The notes under the pieces: model-generated | The model's input: only the letters and a program-made list of their open reading frames with translations | What the model was told of the DNA's origin: nothing | Databases searched by the model: none | Position numbers and translations under genes: made by a program | NCBI GenBank assembly: GCA_013265495.1 | Contig: MU058039.1 | Coordinates: 622,591 to 686,590, forward strand | Reading direction: 5' to 3' | DNA from: Vicugna vicugna | Taxonomy: Eukaryota | DNA length: 64,000 nucleotides | Part shown: piece after piece, positions 36,221-47,110 of the stretch | How the letters are laid out: every line of letters starts with the position of its first letter | Position numbering within the stretch: the stretch's first letter is position 1

Positions 36221-36609
36221 GTGTTATGGGGTAGTTTTGACTGTGAAGAGTGAGTAAATCTTAGCTTCACATATATGGAGAGACAAACTCAATTCCAGGA
36301 AAAATGAAGTTCACCCATGAGCCTGAAAACCAGTGACTTCAGCCAAAAATGGCTGCTTGGCACTGATGTGGAGTTACAAATCCGCAGCCCTGATTGATAA
36401 GCTTGCTAAGTACAGGTATGATTAGAGTTGGAATTTTTGGAGTTGTGAGGAATTATGTGTTCTTCATGGGAGAAGCTGGGAGAAAGACACAGCCTGGCTG
36501 AATCTCCTGAGAACAGCCAGTCACTTTCCCAGACGGCCTGTTGTTTCAGTCTCCCTCTGTGCTGGATGGGGCTGGGCAGTGCTTAACAGCCCTGCACTGT
36601 ATTCAGTCC

Positions 36610-36790
36610 TTGCTGAAGTGTGACCTGGGGCAAGTGACAGCCTTTCCAAGCTTCAGTGTCCATCTCTGCAAAATGAGGAAAAGAAAAAGATTACTACATC
36701 ACAGGCCTGTTGAAGAGCTAGTAAAGTTTGACACATAGTAAGTGTGCATTAAATGTTAGCTGTGATACTGTTATTATAATTGTCATTATT
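36610..36790 (+). mobile_element. MIR fragment
   Basis: tgtgacctggggcaagtga...catctctgcaaaatgagg...cacatagtaagtg...aaatgttagct. Confidence 0.75.
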
Positions 36791-36909
36791 ACTCTTGTGC
36801 TTTAGGCTGCTGTGGAATGTGGCTGGTCTGCTGTTCCACAAAGATGTCTTAGACAGGCAACTCTGTAACAGCCCAGAGTGCGTGGTCTTGGTGAACCCTC
36901 AAAAAGATA

Positions 36910-37400
36910 ATACTTATTTATTTTATTAAGTTGAATAGAAATATGCGCGCGCACACACACACGCACACACACACACACGGTGTCCACTCTGTGTCAGGCA
37001 CTGTTGTGGCCCCAGTTACACAGTGGACAAGGCAGACCCAGTCCCTGCCCTCCTGGTGTGCAAGGTCTGGAGGAGGAGGCAAACTGGAAATAAACCGTAT
37101 GTATCAGAGACGATCAGCAGTGCCACAAAGAAGCATAAGTGGGATACTGTGAAGTGAGCACTGGTGAGAAGGGTACCTGAGAGAATGGGGTCAGTAAGGG
37201 GTCTTTTGATCTGAGACTAGAAGGATGAAAAGGCACCAACCGTGTAAAGAGGTGAGGAAGGAAGGTGCCTGGCAGAGAGAACAGCACGTGCAAAAGCCCT
37301 GAGGTAGGAACAAGCTTGACAAGCTAGAGGAAAGGAGGCTGGTATGGCTTGAGTTGGGTGAACAAGGGTGAGGATGTTTGAAAGGGATTTGTAAGCCCTG
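36910..37400 (-). mobile_element. L2 3' fragment containing a (GC)n(CA)n microsatellite at 36941-36979
   Basis: ctctgtgtcaggcactgtt; gtccctgccctc; aacagcacgtgcaaaagccctgaggtagga. Confidence 0.75.
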
Positions 37401-37869
37401 AGTTGCTCCCTAAAGCTTCTGCTTTCTTCCATCTCTGGGGGAGTTTGAAGAGAAGGACTATGGGGAGCTGACTTTGGTACCTAGGAAGAGGCATCAGGGG
37501 GACCAAAGGCCTGGCCCCTGCTTCATTCTTACTGACCTTCTCAAAGGCCTTTACCCAGGGACTCCAGGCCACGAGGAAGAGACCCTTTGCCCCACGGCTG
37601 GGTTCTCTGACTTGCCAGCCAAGAATGTGGGTTGCTTTTTTTTTTTTTTTTTTTTTGTCCCAAAGATGGCCTAGCTGTGCTGTCATGCAAAGCAAAGCCT
37701 TGATGCTCTGTACCCGAAGCCCACTTTCTTCTTCCCCGAAGTAGGACAGCTGCCTTGGAGAAATGCCAGGAAGCAGCCTGGCCAAACTGAGCCTGCATCT
37801 TGGGGATGTGGGGGATTCTCTGTGCGGAAAGTGAGAAAGATATTAAAGCCCCAGGTCTCAGTGAAATAG

Positions 37870-38050
37870 AGCAGAGCAGCAGTCAGGCGCTTGGCTCTGG
37901 GTTTCAGCTCTGGCTTCCCCACCTACCAGGCATGTGACCTCGGGCAGATAACTTACCTGTGCCTGGCCTCCACTTTCTCATCTGTAGAATGGGGACAGTG
38001 GTTCCTATGCTTAGCACTAGCGCACACAGAAAGTGCTGCCTATTATTATC
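37870..38050 (+). mobile_element. MIR fragment
   Basis: tgtgacctcgggcagataactt...ttctcatctgtagaatgggga. Confidence 0.8.
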
Positions 38051-38509
38051 CTCACGTTCTGCTTTAATGTCACAGTGAGGTAAGTTCCTCTTTCCTCTAG
38101 TTTCTTGTGAACAGTTAAAATGCCTTGGATTTACTCCTGTTTCTCCACATCAGTTTGGTTCTTGTCCAGATAGCTTGGCATCTGGCAGACAGCCAGACTT
38201 TGGGTGCAAAAGCACCCCTGCTCTGGGGGGCAGGTTACTCAATGCCGAAAAGCTGAGAGTTGATAGGATATTTGTCTCCAGAGGTCAGGGACTATGTGGA
38301 GTCTCTGCAGTGGTGACTGCTTCTGCCTGCCAGAGAGATGAGACTGCTTCCTTCAGGACATTGCTTCTGTGTTTGTCAACCCTGAAGTTGAATTGGTGTT
38401 GAATTTGGTGGGGGGGGGGAGGGGCACTGGACTGTTAAAACCTGCCCAGACCTCCCCACCCCACCACCTGCCTTCTTATGTAAAGGACCTGAGGCCCAAG
38501 CATGGAACA

Positions 38510-38700
38510 TTTTTTTCAAAGATCCTTGATGTGCCACCAGGATTTCCAATCACTGAATGTAGCTGGGGAATCTTGTTAAAATGTGGATTCTGATTCATCA
38601 GGTCTGGAGGAGAGTGAGGGTCTGGGTTTCAAAGGAGGTCCCAGGAGCTACTGATCCCACTGCTTCCCAGACCACAACTTTGAGGATCAGTGGTCTAGAA
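38510..38700. mobile_element. MER5A-like DNA element
   Basis: ctggggaatcttgttaaaatgtggattctgattca...gaccacaactttgag. Confidence 0.75.
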
Positions 38701-38809
38701 ACTGGCTTCACAGACTGCAGAATCTCAGACCCCCACATAAGTCCCAATCGGCATTTGTACCAAAGCCCTTGATGATTCAACATCCTTTAACATTTGAGAA
38801 CCTAGTCCC

Positions 38810-38985
38810 GGGGTTGCTCAGCCTCAACACTGTTGACCTTTGGGGCCAGATCATTCTTTGTCATGGGGCTATCCCCTCGTGAGATGCCAGTTGTAGCCCC
38901 CCACCCCTAGGCATGACATTTAAAAATGTCTGCAAAAATCCATGGGGTGGGGGTGACAAAGTTGCCGTCAGAAGCAAACCAGTGG
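38810..38985. mobile_element. MER20-like DNA element (internally deleted)
   Basis: ctcagcctcaacactgttgacctttggggccagatcattctttg...agatgccag...aaaaatgtct. Confidence 0.8.
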
Positions 38986-40159
38986 CCTAAAGCCCTCAAG
39001 CTTAACCATGCCTGGGAATCTCCGGGCCAGCTGGGCACACAGATGTCCAGGCGCCACAGCAGAGGTCATGACTGCATTAGTTCTGTTAGGGGTCAGAACT
39101 CATACTGGGCACTCCTGTCCGAGATGCCTTCTTTAACTCCCACCACACTGCCTGCTGGGGTGGCACATCCAGTCTGTGTGTTGGTTTCCACCCCCCACCC
39201 CACCCCAAACCCCCCCCCTCCTGGTACAGGGGCTGGGGTCTGACGAGCCAGCCTTGGGGAGGACAGGCTTTGGGGTTCCCTGCTGTGTTTGTTGATGTTG
39301 CGTAGAGGGTGTAGGGTGGGCCCTCACCTGGTCTTTTGTTTGGCCTGGTTTACAGTCTGTTTGCATGAGTGGAGCTCACTTGTTTACTCAGGGTTTATAT
39401 GGCAGGGCAGGGAGGCACCGCCTCTCATGTGTGCCCTGCAAAGTTCTGGAGTGATGTCGGCTCCTGTTTCTGTCCTCCCTGCCCCTCCATTTTCCTGGTC
39501 GCTGAACCGCCCTTGGAATGTTTCTAAGTCATTTTATACCAAATCTTGATCTCTGCCACCAGATGGACTGGATCACCAGATGCCTGGGGGCAGGGATGGA
39601 GGCATCTTTTCTTTGGTCTCTTTTAATCCTGGCAGGTGGTATGTGCTCTTGTTAAAAAGATCCAAAGTCTGATTCACTCCGTCACTAAATGTTTTTGGGG
39701 GGCCCTCTTGCTTGTCAGGCACCGCCTTCGACACATAGGAGAAAGCAGCAAATGAGAGAGCTGGGGGAGTCTCTTCACCAAGGACCCTGGTCATGGGGTG
39801 AGCATTTATTAAACTCCAGCTTGTGCCAGGTCTAGTGGAATTTGGAACACTAGCCTTGCCTTCATGGGGCTGTCTGTTCTGGCTGGGGGTAGGGATGAAG
39901 AATAAACACACAAACCACCAAACAAGCCAAATAATTACAAGAGGACTGTAATAACTGCTGTCTCACAGCTGGTCAGCGGGAGCCAAGAACCTGGCCCCGA
40001 CTCTAGGCTCCTGTGCCCTTTGCCACCAGCAGGCCAGTGGGCTCCTTTGAGAGTGTTCGCTTGGTGGGTGACTGCAGGGTCTTAGAGGTCCAGGGGAGAT
40101 CTCTGCCCACCCAGTGGGTGTGAATGTGTGTAACTGGGTCCCTCTTATACTGCAGCAAA

Positions 40160-40385
40160 CACTTGTATAGCTCCAAGCACCAGGCCGTATGCTAAGTGTT
40201 TGTAAATCCCCACAACAATCCTATGACACTGGTACTGTATTATCCCCCTTTTCCAGGTGAGGGAACTGAGGCCCAGAGAGAGGAGGTAACTTGTCTGAGG
40301 TTCCACAGCTAGTAAGTGGCAAAGCTGGGATTTTTGAACCCGGGCCATCTGTTTTCAGAGTCCTCACTCTTAAGTACTCTGTGGA
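40160..40385 (-). mobile_element. MIR SINE
   Basis: gaactgaggcccagagagaggaggtaacttgtctgagg...cacagctagtaagtggc. Confidence 0.85.
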
Positions 40386-40899
40386 CACAGAGGGAAGTTG
40401 GACAGGACCAAGACTATTCACTGATTGATCTGTCTGGGGATGCGAGGAAGGCCCTGCCAGTGCAGAAGGGAGCAGTCCCAACTCCAAACCTCAGGAAAGA
40501 AACAGCTTGCCATGTCCCCAGGACAAAGGCCATGGAGGAAAAAACCTAAGGGCAGAGCTGGGGAGAGAGCAGTGTCACTGGCCAGTCACCACCATCCTGG
40601 GAAGCCCTGGCTTCTGGACCCCTCCTGCACAGGAGTTCAGTGGGCTCGTTCCTGAGAAAGGGAACCATGCAGAGCTGCAGTTACCAGGGGGTGTGCAACT
40701 GCTGAGCCGTATCTTGCCCTTGGAATTGGCCAGGGCTTCCTGTCACTGTGATGCCCTGTTACAGAGATGACGGTCCACCGGGTTTCTTAGAGCTAGAGAC
40801 CGCTTTCTCTTAGGGCTTGCTGGGAACAGGGTGGAGATTTGGGACGTTTGGAGTTTGGGTGTGAGGCTGTGGAGCCTTGCAGCTAATGGCTTTAGGGTC

Positions 40900-41375
40900 A
40901 CACCGTAGGCATCTGTGTCCTGGCTCTACCCTGTCCTAGCTGTGTGTCCTTGGACAGGTGACTTCACTTCTCTGAGCTTCAGGCTCTGCTTTTTTAAACT
41001 GTGTACCTCATTGAGGTGTGTGTATATGGAGGGTGAGGGTGGTAAGTCACTGAGGTCATCTTATGGAAAGTGTCTCGTCTGGAGCCTGGCACCCCACGAG
41101 TGCTCAGTGCGCAGGGAGCTTATGTCGTGGGAGGCAGTGTTACTGAGTGGTTGAGGCAGGGCCTCTGGAACCACCACTCCCGGCTCCATGGCTTCGGGCC
41201 AGTGGCTTTAGCCTCCGTATGGCTGCATTTCCTCCTCCTAAAACCAGGGTAATGCTAGTCTCTACATAAGGGTGCTGCGAGCATTGGGTGAGTCAGGCCC
41301 TGTGAAGCAGTTAGCACAGGGCCTGGTGCTCACGGTCCGCCCTGTGACCATTAGCTGGCATGATTATAATTATCA
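40900..41375 (+). mobile_element. Two tandem MIR fragments
   Basis: tagctgtgtgtccttggacaggtgacttcacttctctgagc; gagtggttgag...gtgaagcagttagcacagggcctgg. Confidence 0.65.
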
Positions 41376-41744
41376 ATGAGGAATGTGGGTCTGAGGCCTA
41401 GCAACCAGCTGAGGAGAAACCTTGCACAGAATAATGTTATGAATGGGCTGGTTTTAGAAACTCCACTTTGGTCAGCCAGCTCCCCTCTGGGCATGAGAGA
41501 TGGTAACGTGAGGCCCTGTTTGGTTGTGGCAGACTCTTTTCCTCCTTTCAGAGGACAGTTGGCCTCAGGGCTGAGTATATTGAGCTTTAAAAGGGGACGA
41601 TGAGGGAGCCAGGGAGTGGAGGAGCCTGAGGTCAGCTGTGCGGAGCTGAGCCCAGGATCCCAGCTCCCAGCCACGGGACTTCCATCAGTTCCCTCAGTAT
41701 CAGTGTTCAGTCAGCACAGAGCTTGGCTGCTGGCTGTTCTGGGG

Positions 41745-42015
41745 GCAGCAGTGTAGTGAGGAGGTTAAGAGAGTAGATCCTGGGGTTAGTCCCCGGGATT
41801 TAGCCCTGGCTGTATCACGTCCATGCTGTGGGACCTTGATCAAGTGACTTCATCCCTCCTGAGCCTGTTTCCTCATCTGTGAAGTGAGGGTAAAGCTGCT
41901 TTACATGGGGCCGTGTGAGGATGTGAGTTCATCTTTATGAAGTCCTGAAAGCAGGACCCAGCAGGGAAGGGCCTTCATGCACACTGGCTTTGCTGTTACC
42001 ACCATCATTATCATC
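41745..42015 (+). mobile_element. MIR SINE
   Basis: gcagtgtagtgaggaggttaagag...gaccttgatcaagtgactt...tttcctcatctgtgaagtg. Confidence 0.8.
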
Positions 42016-42229
42016 TTCCCATCCTGGAAGGCAGTGTAAGTGAAAAGCATGAACCATGCATCCATTCCAGTGGGGCAGAGCCCTAATGAGGGAGTTTGGG
42101 AGAGATCTCAGCCTCTGGAGGGATTGTTTAGAGCTAGCGTTCAAGCTTTTGTGTTTCTAGGATGTAAGCAGAGAGAGAGTGTGCAGGGGAAGGGGAGGGT
42201 AGGAGTGTGCTGACTAGGAATGATGTCTT

Positions 42230-42293
42230 TTTTTTTTTTAAATTGAGTTATAGTCGGTTTACAATGTTGTGTCAATTTCCAGTGTAGAGCACA
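42230..42293 (-). mobile_element. 64-bp young L1 3' tail with perfect TSD
   Basis: Poly-T then aattgagttatagtcggtttacaatgttgtgtcaatttccagtgtagagcac; TSD aggaatgatgtctt at 42216-42229 and 42294-42307. Confidence 0.9.
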
Positions 42294-43054
42294 AGGAATG
42301 ATGTCTTACTGCCACAGGGACAGGTTTCCCAAGGTCAGCTCATTCCACTAGATAATTTGAGGTGGTGTATGCATAAACACTTTAGGCATTTTAATAGTTG
42401 TACTTTTATTTTAATATGTAACCCGAAAAGAATTTCAATAGCACATCAAACATCAAACCCAGTATTTCATGGCTATTTCTGCTTTGGGTGAGGCTGATGG
42501 TGTGGTATGCAAGCCAAAATAAAAGTGAGTACGGTCAGAGAAAAGTGCAAAGGAAGTCCTAGAACAGGTGATCAGCAGGCATCGCAGAAACGGTGCCAGT
42601 GTGTGCAGATCCCGGCAGTCAGGACATGGGCACTAGGAGAAACGGGTCCGAGCTGGGTTTCAGTCTTGTATTTCAGCTGTGGAAAGGCTGCAGCTCCCTC
42701 AGGAGGTTGCTGAGCTGTTGGGCCCCCTTTGCCCCTCTCCTCCTTGGCTCTTTGATGCCGATGAAGGTGGGGTTGCAGCCACCTCGGAGCGAGGCGGCTG
42801 CATTTCCCTCTGTCAGAGGCGCAGGGCAGGTGCTGAAATGTACTAAGTGTTTGCAGCTGGCACGTCCTTGCTCTGCCATAGGATGTGAAAGCTGGCACGT
42901 CCTTGCTCTGCCATAGGATGTGAAAGCTGCCGTGTGGCCTCGAGCAGCTAATTGTGATAATGGTGATAATCTTCATTATTAACATTAAGTGAGTGACAAC
43001 AACATGCTAAGCACTTTACATGCATGGTGGCATTGACCCATCACTCTGTGAGGT

Positions 43055-43530
43055 GATATGTTGGTTAGGATACGTCGGGCTGCAGGTAACAAGGTGAATC
43101 TTGGCTGAGCGGTGGAGATGAGTGATTCTCTTCCTGCAAAGTGTGGAGGATACAAGTGCCACAGTTGGTGCAGAGGCTCAGTGGCACCTTGAGAACTGGG
43201 TGCTTTCTGTCTTTCTGTTTCACAGCCCTCTGTGTACATGTGTTTCATGCTGATGTTGTATCACATCCTCACACACAGTATCCCAAGCAGGGAGAAAAGG
43301 TGGGGAGAAGGCTTTCTCTTCCTATGCCTTTCCTTCCTAAAAGGAGTATGTATATTGCCCATAAGCACCCCTACCCACAACAGACTTCTCTGTATCTCTC
43401 ATTAGTTATAAAGGAGCCAGTGGCTGCACCTAGCTGCAAGGGACACAAGGGACTCCGGGAAAGAGGATGTCTGTACAGTGGGAGGCAGCAGGAGAAATAG
43501 GGGTTGGGAATTACCGTAAGCCATACAACC
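43055..43530 (-). mobile_element. MLT1-like LTR inserted in an antisense MIR (MIR parts ~42960-43050 and ~43540-43690)
   Basis: tgttggttaggatacgtcgggctgcaggtaaca; cagacttctctgtatctctcatt; cacctagctgcaaggga. Confidence 0.6.
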
Positions 43531-44186
43531 AAGTGTCTGCTGCGTACTTTTACTGCCTCCTCCAAAGATGAGAAAAATCAAGGACCAGAGAGATAAGGAG
43601 ATGGCTCGCCCGGGATCTCATAGAGCTTGTGGTGGTGGAGCAAGGACTTGAACTCACATCTTTCCTTCTGCAGAGCCTACAGTCTTAACCCCTATGATAC
43701 TGTCTTCCCAGCAGAGGACACCCCAATGGCCTTAGTGCAGGGTAATGAGTGGTGAACACCAAGTGCTGGGAGAATAGAGAAGAAAGAGAACTTCTGCTCC
43801 ATATGGTCAGGGAGAGCAAGCTGGATAGAAAGGAGAAGGGACTGGGCTGGCCTCTGAGAGGTGCGTTGGGGTTCTGCCAGGTGCGCAGGGATACGGCAGG
43901 AAAAGGGTGGGCCCCAGGCAGAGGACACAGCATGAACAAAAGTGGGGGATGGGATAGTGCACTGTGCGGAGGTTAATCAAGGCTCTTTTGGTCGTAAGAT
44001 GAACTTGTCTTATATCACTGGGAAGTCTGGAGCAGGGAGCTTCAGACCTAGCCCAGTTAGGGGCCTTCGTCTCTTATTCTTGCTCTGCTTGGCTTCACTG
44101 TGCAGACAGGCTGGATCCAAGGGCAAATCTTCCCACTTTATCAACCCAGGGGAAACAGGATTCCTTGTCCTCAGCTTTAATAAATC

Positions 44187-44525
44187 TGCTATAATAAAAA
44201 TACCAGAGATTGGGTAACTATAAACAACAGAAATTTCTTTCTCACAGTTCTGGAACCTGGAAGTCCAAGGTCAAGGTGCCAGTGGATATGGTGTCTGATG
44301 AGGATCCACTTCCTGGTTCATAGATGACCATCTTTTTACCATGTCCTCACATGGCAGAAGGGGCAAGAGAACTCCCTGGGACCTCCCTTATAAGGGCACT
44401 AATCCCACTCATGAGGGCTCTGCCCTCAAGACCTCATTACTTCCTGAAGTCTTAATGCCATCACATTGGAGATTAAGTTTCAATGTAAGAATTTCCGGGG
44501 GAACACAGACATACACTTTACAGCA
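44187..44525 (-). mobile_element. MaLR MLT1A-like LTR
   Basis: aacaacagaaatttctttctcacagttctggaacctggaagtccaaggtcaaggtgcc...ataagggcactaatcccactcatgagggctctgccctc. Confidence 0.9.
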
Positions 44526-45239
44526 GAAGGTCATGGGCCCATCCCTGAAGGTGGTGTCTGAGGGTCGGATGAAGGATGAACACAGTGAGCCATAGCCTTG
44601 CCAGGATGGTGGAGTGCGAGCTGGAGTATGTGCCTTCATGTTAAGTTTCCGCTTTTGAAAAGTGGAACTAATGTAATCATCCCTACCTCATACGTAGGGT
44701 CTGGGGCAGATTCCACATAGTGAGTATTCAGCACTGTGGGTAGGGAGCGCTCTTTGGAACCTAGAGCAAGGGCCTCCCAGGTGGGAGCCCCAGAATCCCA
44801 CCTTGCTGGGACCTAGTATTGCCATTTAAGCCTTGGTTGCTTGGGTACAACTATTGGCTCTGGCACATAAGAGCTGTGTAACGCTGGACAAATGGCTTTA
44901 TGTCTCTGTGCCTCAATGTCCACATCTGTACCAGGGAGGAAAGTGCTTAGGACACTGCCGGGTACATGGCAGACATCAGTAAATATTTTGAGATTGATGA
45001 GTACATGAATGGAAAGACTGAGTCAGAAGATACACACAGGTTGTTAAACCTTTTTGCATTTGTATTGCCAAGAGGCTCTCCAGAAAGGCATTACTCCATC
45101 TAGAAGCTGAGATGACACATTTCCCTACTTCTTAGTCAACACTGGATCTTACCGTCTAGGAAAAAAATGTATTGTTATTTTGATCAGTAAAGAAACCAGC
45201 TTAATATTATGGACACATAAGAACATGTCTGTATACTAC

Positions 45240-45440
45240 AGACCTGCAAACTGAAGCAGGTAATGGTAAAATGATGTCTAGGACTTACTTTAAGATACTT
45301 TGGGTGGGAGGAAAAGGGGAGAGGGGAGGAATAGATAAGGAATGGATGAAGATAATGTGGCAGAATCTTGGTAATGACTGAATCTGGATTTGAATACATC
45401 AGGAGTTCTCTCTCTACTCTCTCTACTTTTTTAGAATCTT
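45240..45440 (+). mobile_element. L1MC-like 3' UTR fragment
   Basis: atgatgtctaggacttactttaagatact...tggcagaatcttggtaatgactgaatctgg. Confidence 0.55.
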
Positions 45441-45503
45441 AACAAAACCAAAAAAGAAAAAAACCCAAACAAACCAACCAACAAAAGAACCCCAGCTCCC
45501 CCA

Positions 45504-45513
45504 ACACACACAC

Positions 45514-45556
<43 letters not shown>
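45504..45556. repeat. (CA)n microsatellite, ~26 units with two interruptions
   Basis: Direct reading. Confidence 0.95.
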
Positions 45557-45557
<1 letters not shown>

Positions 45558-46454
45558 CCTAAAGATTGAACAGTGGAGCCTCTGCTGCTCACGGGCATTT
45601 TGGAGGTCCCAGGCCCAGGTGGTGTTGGATAAATGGCATCCTTACAGCCCTCCTTTCCCTGAGTCCTTCTCTGCATGAATCTCCTTTGTGGAGAGACCCT
45701 TTTGGCTCAGCACCTGGAAGGATAGTAGCTTTTGGACTCCAAGCCACGATTTCTCATCTCCTTCCTTGAACCAGGCAATCCCAATAAAGTTTTCCCATCC
45801 CAACCTGGAGGGGAGACAAACTCCCTGGTGATTAACTCCTGGGAAAACCCCGCTCAGTGATGGGTCTGGTTTTGCCATGGGGTGGGGGCAGTCACGAGCT
45901 GCTTTCCCCCAAAGATCTGTGTGATGATGGCAGAAACATAACTGACTGGTCTTCCACAGTGACTAAATATTGACTGTAGCCCCACAAATCCTCTGAACAG
46001 GCAAGAGCAGTCCTTGCCCATCCCTGTCAAGCAGCAGTGGCCCCAGCCCTTTCTGCAGACGCACGCATCATTAGGTGGTGGGCTGTGAATTTCCAAGCCT
46101 ACTCTCCATCCCCCTGTGAGGTGAAGTTAAGGAGGGGCTTTCACATCCCGTCTGGCACTGGGTGGGGTCTCAGTCAGTGGAGGGTGTTCCACCCAGGAAC
46201 TGACCCCTGGACCCCTCCAGAAAGCTCATCATTTAAGAATGTGTCTTAGGCAGCTCAGCAGAGGCCCATGTGTGCGTGTGGTCAGCTGTAGCTTCCGGCT
46301 ATCTCACTTTTGATGGATTTCAGCAATTTCTCATTTCCTGTAGGAAACGAAATGAGTCTGGAGAGAAGTATGAATAATCATGATGACAGACTTGGCAACA
46401 GGGACATTGGGAACCTTGCCCTGAAGCTCATAGGTGGTGTCATTGTTGCCAGCG

Positions 46455-46685
46455 TTTTGAGCACTGTGGACCAGGGGAAAGGGGACCTGGGTTCGAATCC
46501 CAGTACCACCACTTAATGGCCATGTGATCTCAGGAAAGTCACTTAACCCCCTACCTCAGTTTCCTTTTCTATAAAGTGATGATAATACTTGCTTCATAGG
46601 ATTGTAAGGATTAAATGAGATACTATTGGTAAAATGTTTAAAATGGCCTTTTCTGTAGTAGTTGCTCAGTTAATACCAGCCGTGG
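46455..46685 (+). mobile_element. MIR SINE
   Basis: gacctgggttcgaatcccag...aagtcacttaacc...cctcagtttcc...aggattaaatgaga. Confidence 0.9.
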
Positions 46686-46869
46686 CAGTGATTGTAGCCT
46701 ACTGTTACAGTCATGCACAGTTAGGACTGAGAACCACTCGTCTATAATAGCAGTTCAGATGGAAGCAGAAATTGGAGGAGAGGAAGCCTCCTTCCTTCCC
46801 AAGTCTGTAGTTTGGGGAAATAGACTTCATTTCACCATTTAAAAATATTTTTCACTTGATGTTTAAAAT

Positions 46870-47110
46870 CTAGAAGAGCACGAGTGAAAGGCTTCAAAGG
46901 GGAAGAATCTCTCCACTCTTGTATACAGGTACTCCTCACACTGGGGAGAAAAAAAAGACTAGAAGGAAATGAAGCTATGACTCTAGTGGTTTTGCTTGGT
47001 GGGGAGATTATGGGTAACTTTATATTCTTTGCACATTCCTTTACTTTCCAAGTTTTTTATATGTGTACACAGGCACCTACCAGTTTCGTAAACAGGAAGA
47101 ATATTTTAAA
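46870..47110 (+). mobile_element. L1ME-like extreme 3' end
   Basis: ggtggggagattatgggtaactttatattcttt...ttccaagttttt. Confidence 0.55.
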
